A stretch of 64,000 nt of DNA. It comes from Lingula anatina. Lineage: Eukaryota; Animalia; Brachiopoda. Below the pieces are notes generated by a model. The model was not told where the DNA came from, did no database searches, and was given only the letters and a program-made list of their open reading frames with translations. Below, piece after piece: positions 1 through 13,461 of this stretch. The position numbers were made by a program, and so were the translations under genes. The DNA lies in NCBI GenBank assembly GCA_051362555.1, contig CM120640.1:56584788-56648787 (forward strand). The letters are read 5' to 3'. Numbering within the stretch: position 1 is the first letter of the stretch; the number at the start of each line of letters is the position of its first letter.

Positions 1-309
1 TGTTTTTTATGTCTTTAAACATTATGTTACTTATGTAATATTATTTTATGCACTGTCATCATTTTTCAAATATTGAGACTTTCATCATGTGAATTTAAAC
101 TCATGGTCCTGAAACTGTAATCTTATTGAAAGGGTAGATTGAGACCATCTTCAAGGTCTTCCGGAAGACAGTCAGGCTATTAAGTTGATATTGCCTGGTA
201 TCTATTTTTTCTTCTGTTGGAAGACCATCAAAATGGAGGATGGATCAAAATAGATACTTTGGAATACTGTCAGAAAATATCTCTGGGTCCGCTCATGTTA
301 TTGACCATT

Positions 310-458
310 TTACCTGTTGTGCATGATTAAAATTCAGTGTTGACTGACAGTGCTATTATAAGCATTATTTATTATTGCATCAAAATTGACAAAATGACCT
401 ATTTTGCATCTTTATTTTCTGTTTTTTGTCTGTACATTTGACAGCTTTGCTGCCTTGT
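310..458. repeat. Dispersed repeat fragment
   Basis: Near reverse complement of ~30146-30266 (cagcaaagctgtcaaatgtacagacaaaa...tgcacaacaggta) and similar to ~60748-60832. Confidence 0.65.
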
Positions 459-819
459 TTTTTAATGTGAAGAGTACGTAGATCTCTGAAGGTCCACATG
501 GTGCACTGGTCCAATGGCAAGCACATATTCCAGAATAATTGTGAGCACTGCTGGTTTGATGGTAAAAATGAAATTCATTATATTCCTTTGTGTTGGTTAA
601 AATGTATTTATTATGGAATTTTGAATTTTGTACGCATTTCAACATGACCAAGTAATTTCCCATTCTGATTTACCAAAACCCATAAAGGGGGCTCAAATTA
701 TTACAAAGCACAGAACCAAATTTGATGACATTTTCTAGCATAAAAAGACATAAAATAGTATAATTCTGTGTGTTTCATACGAGACATTTTGTAATTTACA
801 ATTGTGGCAATCTATGAAT

Positions 820-3800
820 CTATGTGGGAATTTTAATCAAAAACTCCCCATTTTCATCATAAATGACATTGTCTTTTTGGTAAAACCTAGCTTTAGAACC
901 AGACACCTTAATCTTCATATAAGAATCTCTAGGAGTCACTTTTGTTCCAAATGGTTTTTGATATCCTGTCTCATAGTCATATACATATGGGTCTTTGTCA
1001 TATTTTATTTTATCCAGTATCTCCTTGCGAGCCTTTTCAACTGGCTTCTCGTAGGGATTCATTGCAGTTTCTGCATTGTTGCTATGTAGTTTATCTGTTG
1101 CTTTCAGATTCTCTTGTTCCATTGACTTTATTCTGTTGGCAGAGACAGAGGCTGTAGGGACAGGAGCACCATCTGAATCTTTACTTTCTGACAGTTTCCT
1201 TGTTCCTTTGTATTGATATTCCTTTAAAAGAACACCCAGTTCATTTTCATCTTTCACGCTGGTGAATTGTCCAATTTTATTATCATAGTCAATGCTATTT
1301 CTTAATCGTCCTCTGCCTCTTTTAAATTTTCTTTCTAAAGGCTGGTATGAAGGACTTGTTGCATTTTCTTCATTTTGTACTTCGTTATAAATGTCTTGAT
1401 GGTGAATAGAATCGGTATCATTTTCATCAAACTGACTGAAGTGCCCTCTACTTCTGTAAGCCAGATAATCATCCTTTACTTGTGCAGGTTTATAAAGCTC
1501 CTTTTCCATGTTACTTCCATCAGTAGTCTGTCCTTCAGGAAATGCTACTTTATTAAGTAGGTCTTTTACCTGATCATCAATTACATACACAGATGTCCCA
1601 CTACCACTTTCAAGCTTTTTTGGAGCCTCCATCTTCATTTGACTATCTTCTTTTTGGACAAGTGCCTCAAATGGACCAATAGTCCTAGAAGTATCTGTGA
1701 ATTAAAGGATATGTTTAATTATTAATTAAGAATGTAATGACATGCATCACATGTACCATTCCGGAGACAAATGAGATTTCTACATAAACTCATCTTGAGT
1801 AAAAAAAAATCACACGTCTTCATGTCAATTTACAGCATAAAATGAAAGACAAGGTTTTGAATCTAAATGGGTATTACAACATACCTAGTTTGACTTCAGT
1901 TTCAATTTGTCAAGATGAAGAACAGGTGATGGTGATTAATGATGTCAGAGAAATGTAACGTACCATATTCTTTAAGACCAGATACAAGCATCTTTCTCTC
2001 TGGAACAGGTAAACCTGGAATTCCCGATGCAGTTTTCATCTTCTTAATGTTGCCACTTTTCACCAATTCTTCATACAACAGTGCAACAGGCCCTCCCTCT
2101 TTGCCTCCTCCTTCAGTCAACAACTGCCAATTTTTCTTTACTCTGTTGTCATGTTTAGTAATTTCCTGTAGGTCACGGGGAACATATGAAGACTTGAGAA
2201 TTTGGATTATACCATGACGGCTCACTGGAAAACTTTCACTCAGTCTAGAAAATAATTCATTTATAATTTATGGCAAAACTTGTACACATACATGAGCTTC
2301 TTAAAATGTATGAAAAATATAAATTAAAGCAGTATAATAGTTCAAAAACATCAATACCCACTGCAAAGATTTTCCTTATAGATGGCCACAGTGTACAAAT
2401 AATATAAGAAGTATATTTATTATAGGTATTTCATTTGGAGAGTCAAGTGAAGTAAAAAAGAAGTAAGAATACAGACCACCAGTCTGTTCTTAGTACTGCA
2501 ACACAGTCCTTTTTATCCTCAATTTATAATGAATGTGATTTGCATTTTACCTCCACTAAGGAGGTTATACTTTAGCTGGCTTTGGTTAGTCAGTTTACAC
2601 CATTTTTGAAAAGGATTTTGGAATTTTCAGGAAAGGTTCAAAATTGCCAAGTTTACTAGCGATTCATTATGGGGGACACTCGGGTTCAATGTCACCCTAT
2701 TTATATTGGTAAAACAATGCAATCCAAGTTACCCAAGTCAATCTCTCGGATGATGATCTGGTGTCACTCATGTGTCATAAAACTATTCCACAATACTACT
2801 ACCCTATGCTCAGCTGTCAACTTGATTAGTAAGATTAACTGACTCTATGGGAGCCTAAGGGGATTTAATGACAGTCGTTTTGAATACTTTAACAGATTTT
2901 GATCAGGTTTTTTGCTTGATGGTAGAGTAGTATGTCACTCTCAGGTCTTTTATGTAATTATTAAGTTTGTGCACAGGTATTTAAATCATTTAACTATTTT
3001 ACAACAATCATTTTCTAACCAATCAAGGTGACAGCCAAGCGTGTTCTACTCTTTACAATTTGACAACTAGCAAAATCATGCAGGCAACTTATATTTGAGC
3101 CATCTTGGCAGTATTATGGGCTCTCCGAGTGCCCCTCTAGCTGTCCCATTTTTTTTGTCCACTGAAACAATTTCATTTATTCAGCAGGTACAATATACAA
3201 GTCTTTGGCTATTGTTTTTTCAATATTGGTAAACTTAAATTGTGTTTTATGTTGTTCACATGTCAGTGCCCACATAGTTTACCTGTCTACAGTCCACTCT
3301 TGAGGAAATTCACGGTGGAGATAACGTATCTGCTCTTTAGCATCCCAAGTTAATAAATTAGTTTCTGGTGGTGGGCTGAAGTACTTCCTCTTCAAAATCT
3401 TCCACTTGAGAATTTTTCTAACTTTTTCTTCATCACTGTAATGAATAAAAACTTACAGATAACCATTCTCCTCTTCCAAAGCATCACTGACCAAAGCATA
3501 GATATTCACAAAAACACTATCATCACTTAGAGGGGATAAAGCGACCTCTAATCAGATCACAATATAAAATACTTTTCTTTGTTAAAAAACACTCTCTCAC
3601 TAAAATTATTTATATAATTTCTTTCAGTGACAGTAACAGAAAAACCTTATTAATGAAGATAGATGTTAATGATGGTGATTAAAAAACAGCTTTAAAGGTG
3701 GTAAAATATTACAGAAAGCAATTGAAAAAAATTAAACATAGTTTCAAAATTTGACAAGATCCAAGTAAAAGAAAAACAGCATTCGCAAAACAAAGCAACA

Positions 3801-4675
3801 CTAGCTAAAAACAACTGTAAGTGTTGATACCACTACCAAATAAAGGGATTAATTTAAACTAAAAGTCTCAATAAAAGTCCTTGTCCTGTATGGAAAAAAC
3901 AGAGCAAGCTAGCTTAATACATACCCAAAACAAGATTATTTACTATAAAAGCTACTTGGCTGTGGCTGTAACTAAAGGCCTTTAATTATACATGGTAGAA
4001 TCACTTAAATTGTCTCATATTGTCTCATGCCATTTTGTATCTTGACTGACAATTCTGGACATCGAGCAATTCCTTTGAGTTTGAAGCAGAACTGCAACGT
4101 GGCTTCTCAGTTTTGTGGTAACAAGAAAAGTGAATGGTACTAATGTGTATGTAAATTAAACCGAAATAATGACACTTAGAAGGATAATTGGATCAATCCA
4201 GTTCTGTTTTTGGGATGCATTTTAGTCCCATAAATAACTGCAGCAGATTTCTGCATAAACAAAAGTACCATATGGATAAAACAGTGTCCACAAAGGACAC
4301 TTATAGAGTAAATAATACTGAAAAAAAAAAAAAAAAAAGATCACGGCCATTTTCAAACTTGACAGTATTTTAGGACAATGAGTAATCCTGCTGAGTTTGA
4401 AAAAAATGGCGAAATTACTCTCTAGTTATTGTGGTAACAAATAATGTGCACAGCTTCTGCTCTAATGAGGCAGACAGACAAGGGTAATGACATTCTATAT
4501 GGACACTATTGCATCTATTCATAAAAATCAATCCAGGAGTAGAGCTAGGATAGAACATACAAGAAATGAGAAAATTACCTTTTAGTAACCAATTTGTTAT
4601 AATGTCTGTTGTATGTATCTGCCTGGAAATCATCATGGTTGTTTTTGTCTAATTCCACAAACTTCTCATACAAAT
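820..4675 (-). CDS. NGRN: Neugrin (mitochondrial ribosome biogenesis factor); 5' exon(s) unresolved
   Basis: Phase-consistent GT-AG exons 4675-4579, 3435-3283, 2244-1964, 1694-820 translate to ...LLTWDAKEQIRYLHREFPQEWTVDRLSESFPVSRHGIIQILKSSYVP..., matching the neugrin domain (human LTWEAMEQIRYLHEEFPESWSVPRLAEGF..V.RRVLKS). Long charged C-terminal tail. Start probably at 7583 (see findings). Confidence 0.85.
2545..3140 (+). mobile_element. Degenerate Helentron-type non-autonomous element (HINE)
   Basis: 5' ttacctccactaaggaggtta and 3' cttggcag...gggctctccgagtgcccctctag mirror the termini of the better-preserved copy at 17936-18167. Confidence 0.6.
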
Positions 4676-4804
4676 CTGTAAAGAAAAAACATTAAATTTA
4701 AACAAAAGTGTGCATACATCCTCCAAATAAATATACAAATGTTATTTGCACAATAAAATGTCTTCTTGCACCCCCAAATTTCATTTGTTGACCCTACAAA
4801 CTAT

Positions 4805-5016
4805 GGCTCTATTCCCATAGATTTTAGATCGATCTATCCCCGTGGGGAGTCTCACTAGATTTTCAGATAATCCGACTTAAATGTCCGTCCTGCCTACTAC
4901 AAGCTGTAAGGGGGTAATTAACTTTCGTGTCCGCCCGGCTGACAGCTATTTAGCGTGAACCCCCACGGAGTTAGGTTGATCTAAAGTAGGTCGATCTAAT
5001 CTATGGAAATGGGGTG
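4805..5016. mobile_element. MITE family A (PIF/Harbinger-like), copy 1
   Basis: TIRs attcccatagattttagatcga / tcgatctaatctatggaaat; core aagctgtaagggggtaattaac shared with copies at 29719, 31802, ~34965, 50654. Confidence 0.75.
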
Positions 5017-5528
5017 TATAAGGTTATCAAACAAGATGATTATCTCAGCTGAAAAATTCATACTCCATCTTTAAAGTTGAGTTTTGTGGTTGTGTGGACA
5101 TGAACCTCAGCAATGTATTAATATATGCTTACTTGATCATTGTTATAAGTATATGCATCCTCATTGTAGTCAAACCTGACAGTTTGATATACGAGTATGT
5201 ACTCACATACAGTTCTATCGTCTCAACAACCAATCACGTAATGGAGTACGAATATGTACTACACTCATACATTCTTTTGATAGACAAAACTGAAAGTCTT
5301 GAGTGCTTAGAACAAACACTTACCTGGTATAAACAGCATAATTATTTCTGCTATAAATATTTTATTCTAAATAATCTGTCTTTACATATGTTATGTCTAT
5401 ATGCTTCTGCAAGCTACTATGTTAATAACGATATTACAAAGTAAGTGATTTATCACTGTTAGCTTTTATATACTTATTAAAATATCAGTACAGTTCTTGA
5501 CCACTATAAACTGCAACAAATAGCTTTA

Positions 5529-5966
5529 GGCTCCGTTCACATGGGAAATCTATTTTCTAAAAATCTAAAAATCTATTTTCGGTATCTTGTGATCATGGTC
5601 TGTGCCCTGAATACCCTGTGGCGTAATTACTGGCATGCGCAGTAGGAAGTTAGAAAGTAAATGGCAGTTGCGGTTAATTTGAAAAATGTGTTTGTCAATT
5701 TTGTGCAACAACAAGACGAAAAAGATGAAGAAGCTATACACACGACAGATATGAGTGCAACCGTCATGATCCCATGGCAAGCGATGCGTTAAGGTATCAG
5801 AATCTCCTCCGAGCGCAGCTGAGAATTAATTACAGCTTTGGAAGTAACTTGCTCGTGCTGCCAGTAATTACACCGCGGGGTATCCAGGGCACAGACCGTG
5901 ATCACAAGATACCGAAAACAGATTTTTAGATTTTTAGAAAATAGATTTTTTCATGTGAACGGAGCC
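5529..5966. mobile_element. PIF/Harbinger-like MITE with ~105-bp TIRs
   Basis: ggctccgttcacatg...gtaattactggca at left is the inverted copy of tgccagtaattac...catgtgaacggagcc at right; flanked by TTA on both sides (5526-5528, 5967-5969). Confidence 0.85.
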
Positions 5967-6411
5967 TTACAGTTAAGTACAAGTGTGTGTGTACATGTGT
6001 GTGTGTGTGTGTATGTATGTATGGGTGTGGATGTGTGGGATGTGCACATGTACGTATATGGGTGCGCATGCTTTAGTATGTGTGCATATGTACACATGTA
6101 CATATTTATTCTCATGCTGTAATGATATTTGTATGACAGAAATAAACTTACAAAAAAAAAAGAGTTTTGTGGTTGTTCATCATTATAAATAAAATATGTA
6201 TGATTTACTTAAATTATCTAAACTGAATAAGATATTAAAAACAAAGGTCTTTGAGAACATGCCAAAAAAAAAACAAAACAAAAAAAATTTTCTTCCAACC
6301 AAATGAAAGAAACACACCGACAAAAGAAATCAATACTAACAAATGTAATGCACAGTCAATGTGATGTATAGTACATACGTGTATGCATGTAGATCAATTT
6401 GAATTATCTTT

Positions 6412-7179
6412 GATAGGTATATCACAATCCGCAAGGGGCGCCACAGTAGTAACTATCCAGGGGCAGTGAAGTGCAAAACTGAGACCGGCCTGCTAACAGC
6501 TCGCCTATGACATTCCTTTTTTAAATCTCTCTTTTAGCGCCTTGTAAATACACTAATACAAGCCATTTACTAAATAAGCTGTAAATCAAAGAGTAAATTC
6601 TGGTCACGTAATTTTTCCGTGTTGCAGTCTTAGAGAACTTTGATTTGAGGACGTTTTGAAGTTTTGCCTTGACAAAATGTTTAAAATTTCATATAAGTAC
6701 TGCATGGAAGTTTTTGTAATTTATGCTGTGTAAAGTTCATGAAATTTGCAATATTATGGCTAAAAATCATGAAAATTAAACCATGCAAAGTATAGTTTAT
6801 TTGATGCGCAATATTTATAGTATATGATCTGCACGGAAGCCATGTGCTTGTGCGGTCACCAATTTGGTTTTGTTTCCAGGTCATTAGATTAACATAGAGT
6901 CCTAATTGCCCTAATTGGTCACAAGCAAGTATTTTTCGTCTTGTCACATACAACTGAGTGATCACTGCTGGTCAGTGGTCACAGGTTTTTAGCTGAAAAG
7001 TGTAGACACTTTTGGTGAATTTTTGCAGTTAAAAAACTTCAATATCTTTGTTGCTTGTGAAATATTTTAAAAATTCCAAAATAATTCATCTTTTTTTTTT
7101 TTTTTTTGTATTACCTTTCAGAAGATATAAGTATAATAATTTTCTGATCAGTTTGAAAAATTTTCTGATATACCTATCA
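6412..7179. mobile_element. Possible non-autonomous DNA transposon remnant
   Basis: 14-bp inverted termini tgataggtatatca / tgatatacctatca; no clear TSD and no coding capacity. Confidence 0.4.
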
Positions 7180-7575
7180 TTGAAAAAGTATTGAAAATGT
7201 GATAAAACATCTTAAAGGTGTATTCTTGCTGGAAATAAATAAAAATAAAAAATAAACACTGCCCTTTCAAGTTCCACGCATTTAGGTGAATATTTATCTA
7301 AATTAATTGAGTGCTGATCACAGTGACACATAAGGGTCCCTACCTCCATTAGACTTCCATGACATGGCTGCTCTAGCCGACAAATGAAGCTCATGCTGCG
7401 CAATAAAAGATGGAATTCTGAGTGCCAGCCGCCCCTGGTGGCAACTAAACACAACAGCTGCACTTAACATATCTGAGGGTGTTATAAGCCCACGTTAATG
7501 TGTTATATCCACGGATTGCTTCCTGTAGGCACGATGAAGGAGACAATCTGGTGCAAAACACGGGCGATCGTGGGA

Positions 7576-7793
7576 GCTGCCATTTTGAATCTCGTTTTAA
7601 GCATTTGTTTTCCTTCTATTTTTGCTACAGCATTTGTTAGCACTCATAATTTAAGTTAAGTTATTCTCATTACTCTTAGACTTTGTTGAAAAATCCACGC
7701 CTTACAACTTTACGTGTTATTAGTTTCTTTTTTTTTTTGTGATTTTAATCAGACATCTCGCGAGAAGATAAACGAGAGTTTGCCAATGAGAAA
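7576..7793. promoter_or_regulatory. Candidate bidirectional promoter NGRN/DCP2
   Basis: ~210 bp between divergent ATGs (7583 -, 7794 +); CpG-enriched flanks; YY1-like gctgccattttg at 7576-7587; perfect TCTCGCGAGA palindrome (BANP/Kaiso-type motif) at 7756-7765. Confidence 0.55.
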
Positions 7794-10700
7794 ATGGAAA
7801 CTGATGAGGCTCAAAATCCGCCGGCGGCCGCACAAGGTGCCACTACAACCTCATCATCGAGTTTTAAAATCCCTGTGTTTATATTAACGGATCTGTGTAG
7901 GTATGATGTAAATGAATAATAGCATTCATTAGATCTATACTATTCTCCATTCCAAATATCTTTCAACTACTAGTCGTACCAGTAGTACGAGATTCATAAA
8001 CAACTTGGAACTTGCAGTTAAAATGATGATTGAAACTGTTTTATTTTTGAGATTTTAAGGTTTACTTAATATAATTTAAAGAGAAACGCTGTGTTACACC
8101 TGTTTCATATGCCAACAAACGTATTGTCCAAAACCCAGCCAGACTCTGGCCTGGGGGCTTCAGCAGAACGCGTCGTTCAAACCTCCCCATCTACACATTA
8201 ACTACCAGAGGAGAAACGGCTGTGCCCAGTACCACAAGTACACAGCAGTGGGGCCGGAGGAAGAAAGTACTAGTGTATGACAGCCAGTGATGGTTAGAGG
8301 AAAGATGTTCCAAATCAGTATGAAGGTGGAAATGAGAGATGATTCCCACCTTAACTCTCTCTGGATTATCCAGGCTTATAAGGCCTAAACAAATGTGAAA
8401 AAAAATGTTTTTTGCTGTTTCAGCCGTTTTATCATCAACATGCCAAAGGAAGAAAGACAAGATCTCATAAGGATATTCTTTCAAATTGAACTGGCACACT
8501 GGTTTTACCTTGATTTTTACTGTCCAGAAAACCCAGAGTACAAAACATGTGGTATCAAAGACTTTTCTGCTCAGAATATCCTTTCATGTTGTCTTCGTGC
8601 TACATTTGGATATTAATGTTTATCCACACAACAATAATGGATTTAATATGTATGTATTCAAAGCGGTGTAGCTGAATTGCGCAACACAGCACGATAAAAA
8701 AATAAGTCCAGTTGCAAGTAAACACAGGGAAGGGTAATTTCAAACTAAATGTGGTGATATACAAGCTAAATTAATTACTTAGTAGTTAATATCATTGATG
8801 CAACTTGACAAACCGGCATGATTTTTTCATCATGGGGTCAGCCGCCATGTTGGCCAGTGGCTCTTCTTGGCTGCTAATATTTCCAAGAAGAGCCACTGTG
8901 ATTCGCCAACATGGCGGTCGACATGACGATATGAAAGTCTCGACAATTTGTTAATTTATATCAACAATATTACTTACCAAGTAAAATATTTTGCTTTTAT
9001 ATCACCCTAATTTGTTGAGAATTACTGTTTCTTTTGTCGAATTGCAACTGGACTTGTGTTTTTTTTTTTTTCAAATGTATTGTGCTGTATTGCGGTGTAT
9101 TGCGCAATTCAGCTACACCCTATACAAAGTGTTATAATTTGTCATTGTGTGTAGAAGTATGCCATTGTTTCTCAAATTTCCTTAACCTGCGTCACTTTTC
9201 AACCACTGTCCTTTTCTTATGCCACATGCTGATAGCTTTGAAAGGATTCTTGGTGACTGGAAATCCTACAAGCTTGCTGTGCCCACCTATGGAGCCATTA
9301 TGCTAGACCCAACACTGCAATATGTGAGTAACATGTAGGGTAATGACGTTATTGTGCATAGGGATGAAGTTCAGGCACTATCTTACATATTGAAATATTT
9401 GTACAGACATGGGAAAAGCTGGAGACACTGATGGTACGGAGTACCTGCATTACAAAAAATCTGCAGGTTCTCCTGATTCTGTGCAGGTTCAGTAGTAGAT
9501 GTTTACCTATGATTCATGTATATCTATTGTACTTGCACATAAATCTTGCTGGTTCAGACAACCTGCATTATCATAAATCTTGCTGATCCTCTGGCTTTTC
9601 AGGCAGTCATGAATGGTCGAAATTGCAGTTTCCCTATGTCTGTTTGTATGAAGAATGTTGAACATTATATGAACATGATTTAAGAGCATTGTTGTTTACG
9701 ACTGCTGCTTGTTATTGATATCAAAAGATTTAATATGTGCACATGCAGTAGTTAACTCCTGGGGTTTAAGCATTGTGAAAATTGGTAAAGATCATACTTC
9801 TGCTGCTTTTTATTATAATTGAGTGTTTTATTCCAATTTCAGTGCATTCTTGCTCAGGGCTACTGGCAGAAAAGTAGTTGGACTTTTCCCAAAGGCAAAG
9901 TTAATGAAGATGAACTGCCAATAGATTGTGCAGTAAGAGAGGTATAGTTTTGTATTACTGTACCAATTGCAAATTTTCATTTGCTGACTCTGTTTGAAAA
10001 CCTTACTTTTTAAAGCATAAAATTGGTAAAAAGAATTTAACTGTGGATATTACTTTTTATTTGTCAAACTATATTACCAATATAATTCGTTCAGCCATAT
10101 AGATTCAGTGACCCTGGCTTGTACAAGTAAAACCACATAATTGAATCAAAGTTTTCTTTATTGAAACCAAAATTAATTCATAAAATACCATTGCAGGTGT
10201 TAGAAGAAACTGGTTATGATATATCAAAGCAGATTAACAGCAACGATTACATAGAGCACAGAGTGAGTGACCAACTGGCTGGGCTCTACATCATTCCCAA
10301 CATACCACTGAATGCAAAATTCAAACCAAAGACAAGGAATGAAATAAAGGTTACTCGATTTTATTCTTGGCAGCCATGTATTACAGTCTGTGTTTTTTAA
10401 TATACCAGCTTAAACAGTTAAAATGTGTACGAATGCGATTGAGTTTGTGATTTCCATTACTTCATGTTGAAAAAATCTTTTATGTTAAAAAAACTCACTT
10501 AAGAATAGTAAATTTGTTTTTCTTATCACAGAGCTTGAAGTGGTTCAAAGTTGACCATTTGCCAGTTCACAAGAAGGATCAAACCCCAAAAACAGAACTA
10601 GGTCTAAGTGCAAATACATTTTTCATGATTATTCCATTTATAAAGTAAGTTAACAACCTTTCTGAAAATATTTGTAGGTGCAAAAATTGAATATCAGTTC

Positions 10701-11388
10701 TTTATATTTAAATTATATCTTTGTATTTAAATATATATATTGCCCAATTTCCTATAATGACAACTTTTGTTGATAAGGGAATTTATATTTTGGTAATTGT
10801 TTAGTTGTTGATTTGTTATAATTAAGTACTTCAATAATGCTTTTTCTTTAGGAACTATGGCTTTTGCTACATATTAATGTACCTCTGTTATGTACATTTT
10901 CAGTTTGATTTTCACATATTCTGCTATTACTCAATTCTGTGTTTGGCGTTTTACAGGCCCTTGAGAAAATGGATAGCATCCAGGTTACGGAAAACCCAGC
11001 ACTTGTCAGAATTGTCTGAATCCCAGGGTCCATCAAAAGCTAACAGACAGAGAACACAGAAAGAAACTCAGGATGTCAAACCTTTGACAGAGAAACAAAG
11101 ACTTAAACAACAGCAGTATTTTGCTCAGCAAAACATGTCAGAGTATCAGGATTTCATGAAATTTAAAGACACTAAAGCAAAAGGCAGAGATGACAGTAAA
11201 AGCAAAGTGAAAGATGACAGATCGAAGACAAAAGATCAAAGACTATCAGAAAAACCAAGTTCTCATTCACCTACTCCAAAGTTCCAGAAGCAGATGCAGA
11301 CCACCTCTCCAAAACAGAAGAAACAAGTCACTATTTTGGTAAGCATAAAATAATGTAAATTTGTTCCTGCACGTTTAGGATAAGAAAT

Positions 11389-11442
<54 letters not shown>

Positions 11443-12021
11443 AAGTGTTGAATCAAATTGCTTTTAAAAGTAAAATGTTGTCTTTGCTGCATCTTACAGA
11501 ATCGTGATGGCAGCATATCAGGAAAAAGCCCAGATAGTTCTAGGATTACAAGGAGGTCTTTAGCTACACAGTTTACTCGTAAGTACAAAAATTATTTATT
11601 GGCTGAGAATTTCATTAATTAGCTGGATATAAATGTTGTCGTAAAATTATTTCACATTTGTCTAAAACCCAAAATAGAAATAAGGCAAAATTATATAGAT
11701 GAAGCAGTTAGAGGTTAATCATTTTCTTTTCCCCTCTTCAGATACCCCTGTATTTGCTATTACTATTAGCATAATGGAAAAAAAATATAGAAATGCCAGC
11801 TAGCAAACTGCTAACTGTACAGGTATCTCAGTTGTCTTTCATGTTATGGATTCTATTCTTATTTCATAATCAGTTATTTAAATTTTATTTTAGATCCAAA
11901 AACAGATGGAATGCAAAAATCAAGTCAGCGAAAATTCAAGAAAGGACTATTACATTTCTATTCTGAAACTTGGGCTAATTTCCAACTTGACAAAGAAGCC
12001 TTATTAAAACTAATGCCATGA
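7794..12021 (+). CDS. DCP2: mRNA-decapping enzyme DCP2 (Nudix hydrolase)
   Basis: Exons 7794-7900, 8424-8575, 9196-9323, 9843-9941, 10197-10349, 10532-10644, 10957-11338, 11500-11578, 11894-12021. Box [12 protein letters not shown]...[14 protein letters not shown]; VPTYGAI; Nudix box [25 protein letters not shown]; C-terminal [12 protein letters not shown]. Confidence 0.97.
8576..9195 (+). other. U12-type AT-AC intron in DCP2
   Basis: Donor ATATCCTTT at 8576; branch point TTCCTTAAC at 9178-9186; AC acceptor at 9194-9195; splicing restores frame (SAQ-I-FNHCPFL). Confidence 0.93.
8663..9120. mobile_element. Foldback (palindromic) MITE inside the DCP2 U12 intron
   Basis: Termini ggtgtagctgaattgcgcaa / ttgcgcaattcagctacacc; nested inverted blocks ccgccatgttggc / gccaacatggcgg and cagtggctcttcttgg / ccaagaagagccactg. 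Confidence 0.8.
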
Positions 12022-12281
12022 TGACAACTATTATTTTACAGTAACTGTTGTAGGAACATTAAGAGTGAAACAAGTATTTATTATGTTTCAGGATTTTAAG
12101 CAATACAATGCAAGGAACTTGCCTCCACACTAAGATTAAACTATTCATAACAGAAAGTGTTGCTGGTGAATTCGGCAAAGACATTGGTTTACTAGGCTCA
12201 AAATTTGTTGTAAGATAGAATTTTGACTTGCTCATAAAATTTAGTATGTTGATTGGTTGATTTTTCCAAGCACCCATATTA

Positions 12282-12919
12282 TTATTATACCACCAGCCCA
12301 GCACTGGTGGTACCCATGACGTCACCATTATGACTTCTCCGCTTCCAGACTACAAGAGCCTGTGCACCCATCTATTGGATGAAGGTCACATATATTAATC
12401 TCAACTCGGTCCAAGTTAATTTTGGGCTTTGTTGGTGCACTGGTCTAGGTGTGGCACTTGCCACAGTGCACCCTTGTCCAAAATTTGCATAATTTGCGAA
12501 ATCTACAAAAAACCTAAATAAACAAAACTCCATCTGCAATACGATAACAACACTAACATAAAAAAAGAACCCCTGGCTTTTCTAACATTTTCATCTCTCA
12601 TTCAATATACACTCCTTTCCTCTTCCAATACAACTCTACCACCACAACATTCACCCTATACTACTTCCCCATCTACAAAATAATAATAATAAATAAATAA
12701 TAAAAAAAAAACTTCCTTTGAACTGGCAAGTACTTAGTCTCCAATGTTATGAATTTGAATTCACCACCCGTAGATGTTAGTCCTCTCCTTTCTTACATTC
12801 ATAAAGCATATACAGTAAACATTACAGTTGCTCTCCCTTATTGGTTTTCATTACAAATGCCCTTTATTCAGCTGGTGGTACAACACCTGGAGGCAGTATT
12901 GTTTCTCTGATCCTCTAGT
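12282..12919 (+). mobile_element. Helentron-type HINE, short relative of the 55.5 kb and 58.4 kb elements
   Basis: 5' taccaccagc..ctggtggtac and 3' cagctggtggtacaa...ctctgatcctctagt are near-identical to the termini of 55546-57250 and 58445-60382. Confidence 0.7.
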
Positions 12920-13461
12920 TATCAATGAATGCCCTATCTGGAGAAACTTGGCAAGCTGAAAGGTCTTCACCTAGTATCAGTTCATTACATCCGTCATTAA
13001 AAAATACAAAATCTTTTTCAAATTGTGTTTTGCCCATGTAATTGTTAATTCCATGATTTTCTTTTTGTATAGAGACAGTAAATATGGTCTAAATGAAAAT
13101 CAATACGGTTCCGGCACCAATTACCAATCTACAGAAATATTTTGAAATCTAAACACAAACAAACTAATAATCAGACCAACACACCTGCAAAAGTTTTTGC
13201 AAGTAAAAACAGAAATTCATGACCTTGCCATTATAACAAGACCTCTGAGCATCTTGCAATAAAAGGAGTGAGATATTTATTCAACTTCAATTTTTTTTTT
13301 AAATAAAAAATATTACATTTTTACTACAAAGTGTACAGGCTAAAATTGAAGCTCAACAGGCATACCTTAAACTAAATATGATTTTTCATTTTAAAACCTC
13401 TTGGTCCTCCTGTATAAACTCCCTACAATAATATGTACAAAGGAAGACTACCCCTGCCCCC

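Noticed and set aside
5094-5444. 116-aa hydrophobic ORF
   Set aside because: Non-ATG start, AT-rich intronic composition, antisense to NGRN, no domain.
5898-6192. Cys/Val/Met-rich ORFs
   Set aside because: Degenerate (GT)n/(GTAT)n microsatellite plus MITE end.
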